Source of the DNA: Penicillus capitatus
Taxonomy: Eukaryota > Plantae > Chlorophyta
Length of the DNA: 64,000 bases
Reading direction: 5' to 3'
NCBI GenBank assembly: GCA_965649825.1
Contig: OZ287697.1
Location: 1,908,351 to 1,972,350, forward strand
Shown here: piece by piece, positions 35,404 to 46,427 of the stretch
Layout: each line of letters opens with the position of its first letter
Numbering within the stretch: the stretch's first letter is position 1
Notes under the pieces: generated by a model
What the model was told of the DNA's origin: nothing
Databases searched by the model: none
Seen by the model: the letters and a program-made list of their open reading frames with translations, nothing else
Translations under genes and position numbers: made by a program

Positions 35404-37656
35404 CTACAACAAATCAAATAGGTAACTTATTAGGGGCCCATTCAGGTGGAAGGCAAACGGAACAGACTCGAAAAGAGACTGTGTATGGTATGGCCCCATG
35501 CATAGGACTGGTAAGGTGATGGTACAGATAGTGACGACGACGACGACGGTTTCACGATAAAGGTGACCTCGAGAGATGGCGAAGCACTTGAGAGCGGCAC
35601 TGAAATGGATCGAGCATCGATGAAGGAGCAGTATTCGCCCTCCAATACACATTTGAGGGACATATCGTAGTTCTGATTCCAGTAATGCTGTGCATACGAG
35701 TAGACGATCACATCGTTCGTCTCCGTTCCCGTCGAGATCTGCCATTGGAAGTCCGTATCCGAACGGCACATTCCGCTCTTGGGCTTCTGTGCGCTTATTT
35801 TGAACAGAGATGCCTTGTTGAGTTGGATGCGCTCCCCTGGTCCAACAGAGATACTGCGCTCGGCATGATCGCCGCCACCTGCACGAGGCATCGGATCATC
35901 TCGGCGTTGGGCAAAGAGAGGGATATGCTCACCGCAGATCGCAAGTGCCACCTCAAGTGTGTTGTGTAGATAGACGTTCGATCCTTGCTTCTCGTGGGCC
36001 AGGCGACGCCCTCCTCCGTGCGTGAAATCCGGTTGGAAGGTCGTGGTGGTAGCGAAATCGGATCCACCGGTCGTTGCCGAACCAAAGGTATGTGTCGAGC
36101 TGGAGGCGCTGCTGGCCGAGGAGGTATGTGCACTTGAAAAGGCAGAACTCTGGGCATAGCTCTGAGAAGATCCTTGCGGTGCCGAGGAAACCATCGTCTG
36201 CGATGAGGAATGCGTCGTCGTCGTACTCTGCGATGAATACGACGTGTGCATTTTGAGTCCAGAGATCCACGAAATCTCTTGCAGATGATTACGATTCGGC
36301 GTCCTACACACATCCCGTGAACATCTGTTGCGCCGCCATAGACGCGCCGCCAAACGCACCTGTACATCTGCCCATACTTCGGCTTCGTGGCTGGCTTCTT
36401 GAAAACAAACTTAACTTGCGTCGATCCCGGTCGCTTTGGCTTCTTCAGCACGTCTGCCTTAACGACGTTGTGGTTTCGGAAGACTGGACCGCACACTCCG
36501 CTCTCCGAGGATGTGCTAGATGTGAGGGGTGCCATCAGGTGAGGAGGCAACGGAGATGGGGTGATTACCATTCGAGGTCCATTTGGTATCCGACGTATTC
36601 CTCCGGGATCTCGCTGTTGGGTTGTTGATAGAAGTAGTGTGTTGAGTAGACCACTCCGTTGTCTTCGACACCGGATCCGATCTCGTAGGGCAACAGGGAC
36701 GCTCCACTTGGACTGAACTCATCCCATGTACACGCTTCCATGATATCTGCCCCCGCAAAACTAACGTAGAAATCGCCGTGCGTCGGTGACTTGTAAGATG
36801 GCCCCGTCCAGTAACTGCGAGGCTGTGTCGTGATCATGACGCTCTCGCCAGGCCGCACCAACGTCGGGATCAAAAAGATCTCGTGTCCTACAAAGCACAC
36901 ACCCTCGCTGCCATGCCTCGGCGCTCCGTGGGGTTAGAAACCTGGAAAAACAGTTTGGCATAGGAAGACATGTGTGTCGAGCCGGTTCTCTGCGAAGACG
37001 TATGTCTCGCCCAGAGCACAGAGCGGTTTGTTCGGCAGATCCAATGTCCCATCTTCTTTGCAGAGGACGCCATGCGTCGACGTTCCATAGTTCCATGTTC
37101 CGTCGCAGTGTCCGCGTTGATGGGCATTGGCGTTGTCATAGTTTGAGGTTTCTTTTTGATTGAAGGTGGTCCAGTAGTAGCCGGGTTCACATGCATAGAG
37201 ACAGTGAACACCTGGCTTACATGCCTGCCCCTTAGGATCCAGTGCCCATCCCTTAGCAATGGTCGAGCCTCGTCGCGAACCGGGCAAGCATACGATGTTG
37301 TCTTGGTCTGGCAGGGGACAGACGGTGCCTCGATTGGCCCAACACTCTTGGAAACCGCGTCGTGGCCACGATTCGTCCGTACGTCCCCAGTACTTTTCCC
37401 ACCAGTCATGGTGATTCAACATGGTCTCTTGCGTGACCGTCTCGGGTGGCCCTTGAGGACAGCCAGAGTGAATGGCATCAAAGATAGATTTCAGTGAACG
37501 GCCTGTCCATGGGCTCCTCTCCACACGGCTCGCCTCTGCCCTCTGCAGCAACGGTATCTGATTCGCATCTGTGTCCGTTGAGGCAGGGCGACTTACTGAG
37601 AGTGTCAATGTCAAGAGCATCAAAACCATAGCGACTGTGTCGTGCCGTCGCACCAT
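35404..37656 (-). CDS. Secreted SUN-family (GH132-like) protein A with Ser/Thr linker and C-terminal extra domain (multi-exon; last exon uncertain)
   Basis: Signal peptide VLMLLTLTLSVSRPAS; CKPGVHCLYACEPG, HGVLC, VFLCQTVFPGHEIFLIPTLV, FYVSFAG..EAC, LPYEIGSG. Confidence 0.8.
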
Positions 37657-37771
37657 CTTGTTGTCTAGACTGTCCTGCAAATACATCATGCCTTGTAGCG
37701 GTCGGAGGAAGTGCGACTTTGTATTCGGTGGACGCTGAACAACGGTCGGCTCGCGACAAACTTCGCGTCTT

Positions 37772-38439
37772 TTATACAAGAGCTTTGTTTTTGTTATTTA
37801 TGAACGGTCGGGAGAGCGAGGAGAATGGCCACGGGAAATAGGTAGGCAAAGTGCAGGTCGACGGTGCACGGTGCGAAGAAGGCACGAATAACGAGGCTTG
37901 TGGGCGAGTGCTAACCTTAGTCAACCGCAAATGTGCAGCAAAGAACGCGGCGGACTTGACGCGATGGCAGATTTCGACGACCTCGTGCGGAAGATGCTCC
38001 GGCTTCTCTCGAGTCACAATGTGCAGAAACGATTCCGTCTGTGATCTCTTCACTTATCGACGGATAGCTCCAAAACAGCGCGCATTCAAAACGAGTTCAT
38101 CCTTGTCTTCTTGCCAACCGAAGCGCTTCAACGGTCCGGAGAATGAAATCCGCTGAGCTGAAGGGAAAAACGAGGCAGATGTGCTGCCTCGATGCCATGG
38201 CCGCGTCCATGTATAACGTCAAACAGACAGCAACGCATTGAAGCCAACAACGCGTACAGAGAAGAACAAGACACATCGAACCATATATATGACAGAAGTG
38301 TGCAGTGGGTCAGGCATATCATTCAACTGTTGTATGGTGGCAGCAAGAGGCACGTCCCATCAAACACGATCGTCTACAGATCCGATGTGTGACAAGTGTG
38401 ATCCAGGACCCTAGCTTCGCATCCAATCATCGCCGCCAT
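37772..38439 (-). CDS. Possible small hypothetical gene
   Basis: Exon-like pieces (LKRFGWQEDKDELVLNARCFGAI; KPEHLPHEVVEICHRVKSAAFFAAHLRLTK) with splice-like junctions; full model not resolved. Confidence 0.3.
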
Positions 38440-38511
38440 GCCTGTAAGCGAAACGATGTGTGAGGGGCGGCGTGGCTGCTGTTGGCATACCGCCCACCGC
38501 CGGTGTCTTTT

Positions 38512-38933
38512 CTACACCGATTCCTGCCATTTGTGTCCACAGGCCGTGCAGTTGAAGAAAAGCGTCATGCCATCTGGCGTGGTCGTTGAGAAATACACCG
38601 CCTCTGGGTGTTCACAGGCGGGACATCGGACATCTCGTGTCCTTGGCAGTGTCGGATCCGATCGGACATCACGCAGAATCGTTGTGCGTTCCTTCGCACT
38701 GTGCCGCATCTAACACAGCCGAACATCGAGCATCTCTCCTTGCGTCTCTCACTCGGACACACCTCGTTCACATAGACACAGTAAGACTCTTCCGGAATCT
38801 CCGCCTCGTAGCCACAGTTCTTGCATTTGTAGATGAGTTTCTTCTCCTGTGGGATCTCTTTGGGGTAGAGCAGGTCGTTTGTATGTGGACAGAACTTCAG
38901 AATCAGAGACCGTCGTTTCTTCGGAGAATCCAT
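38512..38933 (-). CDS. RPB9: RNA polymerase II subunit RPB9 (two exons)
   Basis: FCPHTNDLLYPKE..YKCKNCGY; DPTLPRT..CPACEHPEAVYF..LFFNCTACGHKW. Confidence 0.95.
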
Positions 38934-39141
38934 TCGAAACTCCCCGTACAACGGACGCTCTTTGCGATGATGCTCATCTTCCAGATGTATGGACATCGAC
39001 GATCGTCTCTGCGCCGCTCGTCTCGTCGTCGGTTACCATGCATCGTCGACAGAGAAGCAGCGCCGCTCGGATGCAGCGTACCTGACTTCCGAGGCGTGCG
39101 AATACGTCCACTTCTCTCATCCGAGCGTCAGGCGGTCCACC

Positions 39142-40849
39142 ATGCCGAACCCTCTCTTCACCACCATCCTGTTACTGGTTGGGCGTCCTCTTCTGGCAAT
39201 CGGCGTCTGATGGTATCGTGGCCCCTTGTAGGGATGCATCGTCGCGCATGCGAGTCGTAAGAGCTCTGCCGTGTCGAATTCGAAAACAGCAGGTCTGGAT
39301 GACGATTCTCCGTTTGGTCTCGACGTCGTGGCTCTCTAGGCGTCTGTCACAAAGGCATTCAACCTGTCGAAAGCACTGAAACGCAACTCAATCACCACGA
39401 TTACTGGCTGACGACATTGGGAAGGACGGGAAGTGGATGGCCTAAGCGTGGCATGCCGTCCTGCTGGGCCAATCGTGGCGCCGTTTGTGCCTTGCCAGAC
39501 GAAGACCACGTCGTCTGTCTTCCCGGTTCGCGTCGGGGTTCAACAGTGAACAGAGGATGGGCACTCGATCCACGCTCGCAGTCCTGTCAACCCGGCGTGC
39601 ATTGCCTCTACGCCTGCGAACCGGGATACTACGCCACACAGTTCAACCCTGACGAGGCCTCGAGTTTCGACAAAGAGCACGCTTCGAAAAAAGGAAACTG
39701 TGATGGATCGTGGGACTACGGCACATCGACCCACGGGATGTACTGCGACGAGAGCGGTATTCTCCAGAAGCCGTATCCAGGGCCCCTATGCAAGCTTGGA
39801 GAGACATATGTCTACGTGGAGAATCGACTGGATACTCATGTGTTTCTCTGCCAGACGGTGTTCCCTGGACACGAGATCTTTATGATCCCGACGCTTGTCC
39901 TGCCGGGAGAGAAGGTGATGCTGACCACGCAGCCACGGTCATACTGGAGTGGGCCGTCGTCGTCCAGACCGGTACATGCAGACTTCTATGTGAGCTTTGC
40001 CGGGGCGGACATTATGGAAGCGTGCACGCCTGACGAATTCAGTCCCAGTGGCGCGGCGCTGTTGCCGTATGAAATCGGATCGGGTATTGAAGACAATGGC
40101 GTCGTGTATTCGACGCATTACTTCTACCAACAGCCGAACAGCGAAGTGCCGACGGAGAGCGTTGGATATGAACTCGATCTGGAATGCGTCTCACGGGAAA
40201 ACGAGTTCTGTGGTGAAATGGTGCGTTCAGGGGCACTTGTCAAACTCGATGTCTACAAGAGACCACGCCACGACACCAGCAGAGTGTCGTTCATCCTGAA
40301 CAAACCAAAGAAGAAAGGCACATCCGCCTTCTACAAGTGCACAATTCTGCGAGGCTTGGCGACGAGATGTCGAGGGATGGATGATGGTGTCTAGAGAGCC
40401 GGTTGCGAAATCGTTAGATCCGGTGACGCTCGAGAGCTCCGTCAACGTGGCGCTGCTCGCGAACGTAGGTGGCAGAAGACGTCTCCTTGCGGAAGCGCTG
40501 CCTGGATCTGCCTCTGTTCGGAACACATTGGACAGCGCTGTTCGAATCTGCGAAGAAGGTAGGCAGGCACCCTTATGTCGATGGGATACGCATACATCCA
40601 CTGCTGCTTGCTCCAGAACCGAACGGAAAGCTTCGTGCGTATCTTCTCTCACCGGGAGAGGTGTTCGATATCGAAGGCAAGAAGACGCTCTTTGTCGGCC
40701 AAGAGGCGATGTCATGCACTGGCGGCGCCGAGATGCCGTGGAAGATCTGGACGAAGATGCCGGTGGCCAATGGTGAGCAGTATGGCTATGCTCTCTCTAA
40801 GCTCCCCATTTCGCATCCTCTCGCATACGGACTCATGATCCACTGGTGA
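39142..40849 (+). CDS. Secreted SUN-family (GH132-like) protein B with C-terminal extra domain (multi-exon)
   Basis: Spliced signal peptide MPNPLFTTILLLGCIVAHA; CQPGVHCLYACEPG..TQF, HGMYC, LCKLG, VFLCQTVFPGHEIFMIPTLV, HADFYVSFAG, LPYEIGSG. Confidence 0.82.
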
Positions 40850-41399
40850 GCACACCATCCGGTTTCCTGTTGTGTGACGCGGACGTGTGGCAGTGCCTCG
40901 GAGACACAGGGGTGTCGAACGAACGATGCATCGACCGTCGAAGTCGATCGTTCAGCGATGACAGATCCCACTCTGCAGGTGACATTCGTGATCCGAGCCT
41001 TCCCGACGCGTGCGGCGCCGCCATCCGATGCACGGCGTCCGCAGTCGATATGGTGGAGGCGAAATGATGATCTGGTTAAGTGGTAAGGTGTATGTTGTAC
41101 ATAGCGCTGTGATCTCTCAGCTGTTTTTACGGTGAGACGCGTCCACATTGGCATGGACTATGGTCATCGAGTTGCGTTCTAGGGTTCGTTAAGACTGTCG
41201 CCCGTTTCTTATGGATCGAGGATGAGGAAGGATCTTTCTGCTGGGATTTTGGAAATCTACAATGTGGTCATTTGGAGAACTGTACAGAGAACTGGGACAC
41301 AAAGCTGACAAGGGGGAGGGGGGTATTGTGAGATGGACTGTGTGATGTGACATGACTTTGTGATACCGTCTCGTCCCGCTTTACATTCGCGTCGCCTTC

Positions 41400-42512
41400 A
41401 TGTCTCGACGTTTTCTTGACCGAGCCTTCAACAACGCGCATTACGATGAAAAACGTCAACCGCCGCTACGCCGAAAGAAGAGAGCATCGCCAGAGAGCCG
41501 CGTCGCCTCAAATGAGGAGCCCGACGAAGAGGTCGATGCGATAGCCCACATCATTACGACTGTCGAACAAAAAGACTACCTAAGGTCTCTTTTTTGCCAC
41601 GTACCTGGCATGCACCTTCTCTGTGCAGCGCCCTGGGACTGCCGATGCCGGGAGTCGATGAACTGGGTCTACCAGTGTGGCCACACGGCTGTCACGATAT
41701 CACCAGGTCTCGCATCAGAAGCGTATGGATGATGATGAGTGTGATAAATGACAGGCAATATCGTCGGCGGTGTCTAACGGTCCATCCCGACAAGAATTCA
41801 GGCGAAAGGGCACGGCATGCATTCCAGCTGCTAAACGAGGCATACAAGGCATTGCTGGACGAAGATCAGAGGGTTAGCATCGCTGAGTTGTGGATGGGCT
41901 CCTTAGACGGTGTCTGTCTGCGTGATAGAGTGAGATTTTGAAAACCGCGTGCGAAGCAGCCCGGGCGGAAAAAGAAAAACGCGAAGCGCGTGCCACCGTG
42001 GATGAGAGAATCAAGATCAATGCAGAGAAGAAGGATCAAAAGCGAAAACTGAGCAAGTTACAGGTGCGCTCCGATCGATGCTTGGCCAGTCGACATGTCA
42101 CTGCTCTGTGCAGCACGACCGTTTTCATTCCGAAATTCTGCGCCAAGTGCAGGAGCGGAAAATTCAGCAGTCGATCAAACGACAGAAAATGGCCGTCTCA
42201 CGCTACGCTTCCAAGGAATCTCACTCTTTTCCTGCCGAAACGCTCGAAGAGACGAGCGAAGTGGCCGAGGAGAAGCGCACCGACGGCAGAGAAATGACGC
42301 CCGTCCAATCGCATCTCTCAGAAAAGGATGCGAAAAAGAGTGAGAAGACAAGAATCCATCAAAAGCTAAAATCCAAAAAAGAAAGAGACGATGTCTCGGA
42401 CGATGCCGTCGTCCATCGTGATGATCAAGGAGAGGCGCGTCCAGACGAGTGGCAAGGCGCCGTGCTGACAAAATCCAAAGCTCTGCGTCGAAAGCCTCGA
42501 TTTCTCTTTTGA
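41400..42512 (+). CDS. DnaJ (J-domain) protein with charged C-terminus (multi-exon)
   Basis: YRRRCLTVHPDKN..ARHAFQLLNEAY (HPD motif); KPRF-type C-terminal end. Confidence 0.85.
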
Positions 42513-42846
42513 CATGTGTGAGCGTGAGCGGCAATTGGACCTGCCTGGTTCATCGCGAAAAGTGCATCTATTAAATCATCTCAGGCCAGTTCGCCCAGAG
42601 CCGACATTTATTTTGACACTCATTACATTGTGTGTCCAGTCACGTAGAACCCCTTTAACAGCGTATATACGTGATTGATTTCTGACGGATCTTAAATCAA
42701 CGGAAATGAGACCCATTGCTGAGATCACGAACGCCCACAACCAAATGCTGCTGTGCATATCAGGATGCGTCGTACTACATACAAGTCGGTCACATTAACA
42801 GAAGGAGCGACAGCGCCGAATTATGTTCATAGGGAGGGAAATAGGA

Positions 42847-43271
42847 TCAGAAGAAAACCGACAGAAGCAGAGGTGCCACCACAAACAGCAGAGAATGCAA
42901 CTGGACCTACAGACACAGCAAGATGCATCGTTGGCATGGCCGAGGCATGTCAGCTGTCATGTGACCTCAAAGGCTCCGTTGTCGATATCTGCGGCCGCCA
43001 ATGAAGAGGGTGCCTCCTCGTCTAAGTCGTCCGTGTCGCCGTGCTCCATTTCGTCGTGCTCGTCTTCTGCGATGACGGACGCCTCGGCGTCGGCAGTTCC
43101 CTCGACACCTTGTTCCAAGCTGCGAATGGTCCTCTCGTCACCCGGCTCCGATGCGGGTGCGTCATCCGGCGCCGAGGCCGAAGACTGACCGTTGACACAC
43201 ATGAGGCCAACGCATAACAGCAGTCCCACGACGCATAACAGACGGAAAGATGCATTCTTCGACGATGCCAT
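42847..43271 (-). CDS. Small acidic secreted protein, probably GPI-anchored (two exons)
   Basis: Signal peptide LLCVVGLLLCVGLMCVNG; D/E/A/S-rich body; spliced hydrophobic tail VQLHSLLFVVAPLLLSVFF-stop. Confidence 0.72.
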
Positions 43272-44091
43272 TTCAGCGAGACTACAAGAATCGCAATATC
43301 ATAGAAACGCGGTACACGAGGAGAGTGGCCGGTCGACCTCACAATCTTTGGGTTTCCTCAAATGCTCGATACAAGGCGTTGAGCGTCGTATCCTCGGATG
43401 CACCACCTGGCCAGAGACGCGTGTCAGCAGGAAGCTATTTTTACAAACGATGCGGCTCACGGCTGTCGATTGCGTTGTCAGGAGGCGAGGGATACCTTCG
43501 ATGACGATGAAGTTATTTCGCTATAGACAGAAGTATTCGCTTTCTCTGGATGTGCTCAATTAAAGAACCGCCGCGTTAGGAATTCACTACACGGTTATTG
43601 TGAACAATGCACGCTGTCCATTGATGACGTGATGTCCATTCCGACCGATGCACCCGTCGTTCGACCAACAGGCCACAGCCAGCGACATTAACTCCTTCCC
43701 AAGCCAAACGCACAGCACTGTACCTCGAATGCCGCTGTTTAGGTGTTCCTAAGATCCTTAGGATCTGTGACGGCCATACTCACGCGCGCTGTCAGATGCC
43801 TCGTGAGTCGGATGATTCCCAGAGGAAATGGCGAAGACGCTGGCGGATGGGGGATCGAGTGTTCGGCGAAGGTCGGATGATCTGTTACAAAAGCATACGA
43901 CATTCTATGTGTGTCGATCATCAGTTTCGAACGGAGAAATCCAGTACAACACTGTTTGGAGATTATTCCCCTACAGTCAATGCTGAAGGCGACTAGGTCC
44001 CATGAGATGTGTCCAATGATTGGTCTTCCTCCGGCTTCTGTCCGTTTGGGAAATGAAATCGATTTTTCTTGAATTTGTGAACACGAAGCAC

Positions 44092-44612
44092 TTATAGCAC
44101 TACTAACGTCGCTAATCCGGTCATGAAAGAGGCCATGAGCATTGCCGCCATCTACAAGGCATCGAGATCAGGGCACGGGTGGAGATGAGGGATAGGTCTT
44201 ACGTTAAGAGGAACACTGCCGGCGCTGTTATCGTCCAATATCAATTCTTCTAGCGCTTCCTCTGCGATGTCACTTCCGACTGCCTCATCATGTTGCTGCT
44301 CAGTATCTATCCCGTCCAGTGTCTCTTCGACTGTTGGAATCTCTTGGGCGACCGAAGAGGAGGCTGCTGCCGTGAACGTCACAATATCGATATCTGTTAT
44401 GGCTGGCTGGCAGGAAACGGCAAATGGAGACGCGTCTAAAAGCAGACGGCGACCGTCGAGGCAGAAATGGGCGAAGCGGCGGGGGTCGTACTTTCGCTGT
44501 CAGCTTCTTCGAGGACGGCCACTTCGAAGTCGGGATCCACTGGTCCATCCGGTTTTTGCGCCGAGGCGGCGGTGGCGAGCAAGAGGAAGGCGATAAAGTA
44601 ATGGCACTGCAT
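44092..44612 (-). CDS. Second small acidic secreted protein, probably GPI-anchored (three exons)
   Basis: Signal peptide MQCHYFIAFLLLATAASA; D/E/A/T-rich body; spliced tail NSAGSVPLNMAAMLMASFMTGLATLVVL-stop. Confidence 0.72.
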
Positions 44613-45006
44613 TATATTCGAGAGCTTGGCAACAAAACACGTCGGTGGGTGCGTCGTCGTCAATAAGTGTATGTCAAATAACACGTATCAAAAGCTATCG
44701 TTCGGCGTTTTTATCCTGTAAAGAATTTAGGCAGACGCACAAGAGGATGAAGTTCACGATTGCGTTCAATGTGAGGTTAGGATGGACTACGATGCGCGGG
44801 TTGAAGAGATGACGCGGAGAGGTAACCGTCATCCACATTCATGACTGCTGCCGCGTCCGCTGCACCACTCTTCTCCTATGCGTTGTCCACTGAGCAAGAG
44901 ACGTTTGACAGCAGCGACTTCCATGGACAAGCCATGGCATGGTGATGCGACGGTTGGGGATGGTTGGTTGGCTTGCATGTCCGTTGCATAGGCCGCTGGG
45001 ATTGGG

Positions 45007-45753
45007 TTGACATTTGACGGAAGGCATTGGACAACGACGAAGGGTTCGGAGGTGGAGGGAATGACAGGGCGTTGGGTCGAAGTGCCGAGCAAAGCGAAGG
45101 CGTCCCGTGATCTCTTCCGACGACATCTGCATGAACTCGTGCACGCCATGGACATCGCTCCAACAGCGAATGCCGTTCTGGCGACCTTGCTTGCCGATTG
45201 CGCCGGTCTCGATCGCGTTTCAGACGCCGCGCCTGTCTCCTGTCTCCAAGACGACGTGCAACTCAAGATCTTGAGCATTTTGGAAGGCCGTTTTGAAGCG
45301 CCTGGCTTCTCCAACAGTCCAAAATTCCGCAACGCGCTGCATCGTCAGCAGATTCTGTCGAGAAAGCCCTTGGGCAAGGACATCGTCTACGAATCGGCAT
45401 GGGACAGTGTCTCTCCTGGCCGTTTGAAGCGTGTCTATACGCGACATGTGCTGGATTGGGATGAGCTATCGGGTACGACATTTCACGTACGTTGGTGGTC
45501 TCAAGGCATGCAGCATTACGCCAAGTGGGATCGGGGATTGACGTTCTGGACGTATGAAGAGCTTCAGGAGGCACATCGTGAGCATCTTGCCGGAACGGCC
45601 GGTCCACTGTTCAGGGACTGGTGTCACGTCGAGGGATGCTTGGATTGGAGTATGTTCTGGAGTGCGGCACTTCTTTTCAAGTATGCTGGCTCGTCTGGTG
45701 TAAAGTACTGGGATACGCAATTTCATGAACTGAAGCAAAGATTCCTTCTTTGA
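45007..45753 (+). CDS. Hypothetical Trp-rich protein (true start possibly in an exon near 44923)
   Basis: 248-codon open frame with protein-like composition; no family recognised. Confidence 0.6.
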   Translation: MTFDGRHWTTTKGSEVEGMTGRWVEVPSKAKASRDLFRRHLHELVHAMDIAPTANAVLATLLADCAGLDRVSDAAPVSCLQDDVQLKILSILEGRFEAPGFSNSPKFRNALHRQQILSRKPLGKDIVYESAWDSVSPGRLKRVYTRHVLDWDELSGTTFHVRWWSQGMQHYAKWDRGLTFWTYEELQEAHREHLAGTAGPLFRDWCHVEGCLDWSMFWSAALLFKYAGSSGVKYWDTQFHELKQRFLL

Positions 45754-46427
45754 AAATAAAGTCACATCATCCATCCCGTGGATACCGAACCATCCGCGAT
45801 CCACTTCACCGTTTTGTCATTCGCGTTTTGATTTCTCTTCTTTTGACGAGCCACTTGACCATTTGTGTATGTGCGTGTGGGCCATAAGTGTGTTCTTAAC
45901 GAAGGAGCACTTGATCGATCGGCAGTAGAGAGATGCGATGGTGGGAGTGACGGTTGTGTAAGATCAAGCATTACTGAGCGCGCTTATGCAGCTACGGCTC
46001 ATGTGATATCAACAGTTATCGCTTTCTTTTCATCTGACAGAGCGTTCAGAACAGACCCTCACGACACGCACGGTGTACCGTCATCAATCACAACACCAAT
46101 GGACATGGACGATGACATCATGGGCAGGTTAGAAAAAAGTGAGATCGGTCGGTCGGTCGATAGATACCACAAGTAGTATAAATGCATTCCCCCGTTTCTG
46201 AAACATGAGAATGAGAGCAGCAACTTGTGGCATCGGAATTCCGAGGCATAGCTGCTCAAACACAGGGAGGGCTCTATAGCTGAGGGTCGACTGTAAACAA
46301 GACTTCAAAACTCAGGCAGCACAGTATCGCAGAGCTCTCCTGGACAACGACGTGCGTCACTCTAACGGGTGCAATAGACAGATGTCGTGGCTGCACGGTC
46401 TGAGATGACAAACAATACAAAAATCGA

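Noticed and set aside
35404-40849. Fungal contamination as the source of the SUN-like genes
   Set aside because: They share intron size, composition and splice style with their neighbours and flank an algal-type RPB9 (FCP..NDLLYP). Read-level confirmation is still needed.
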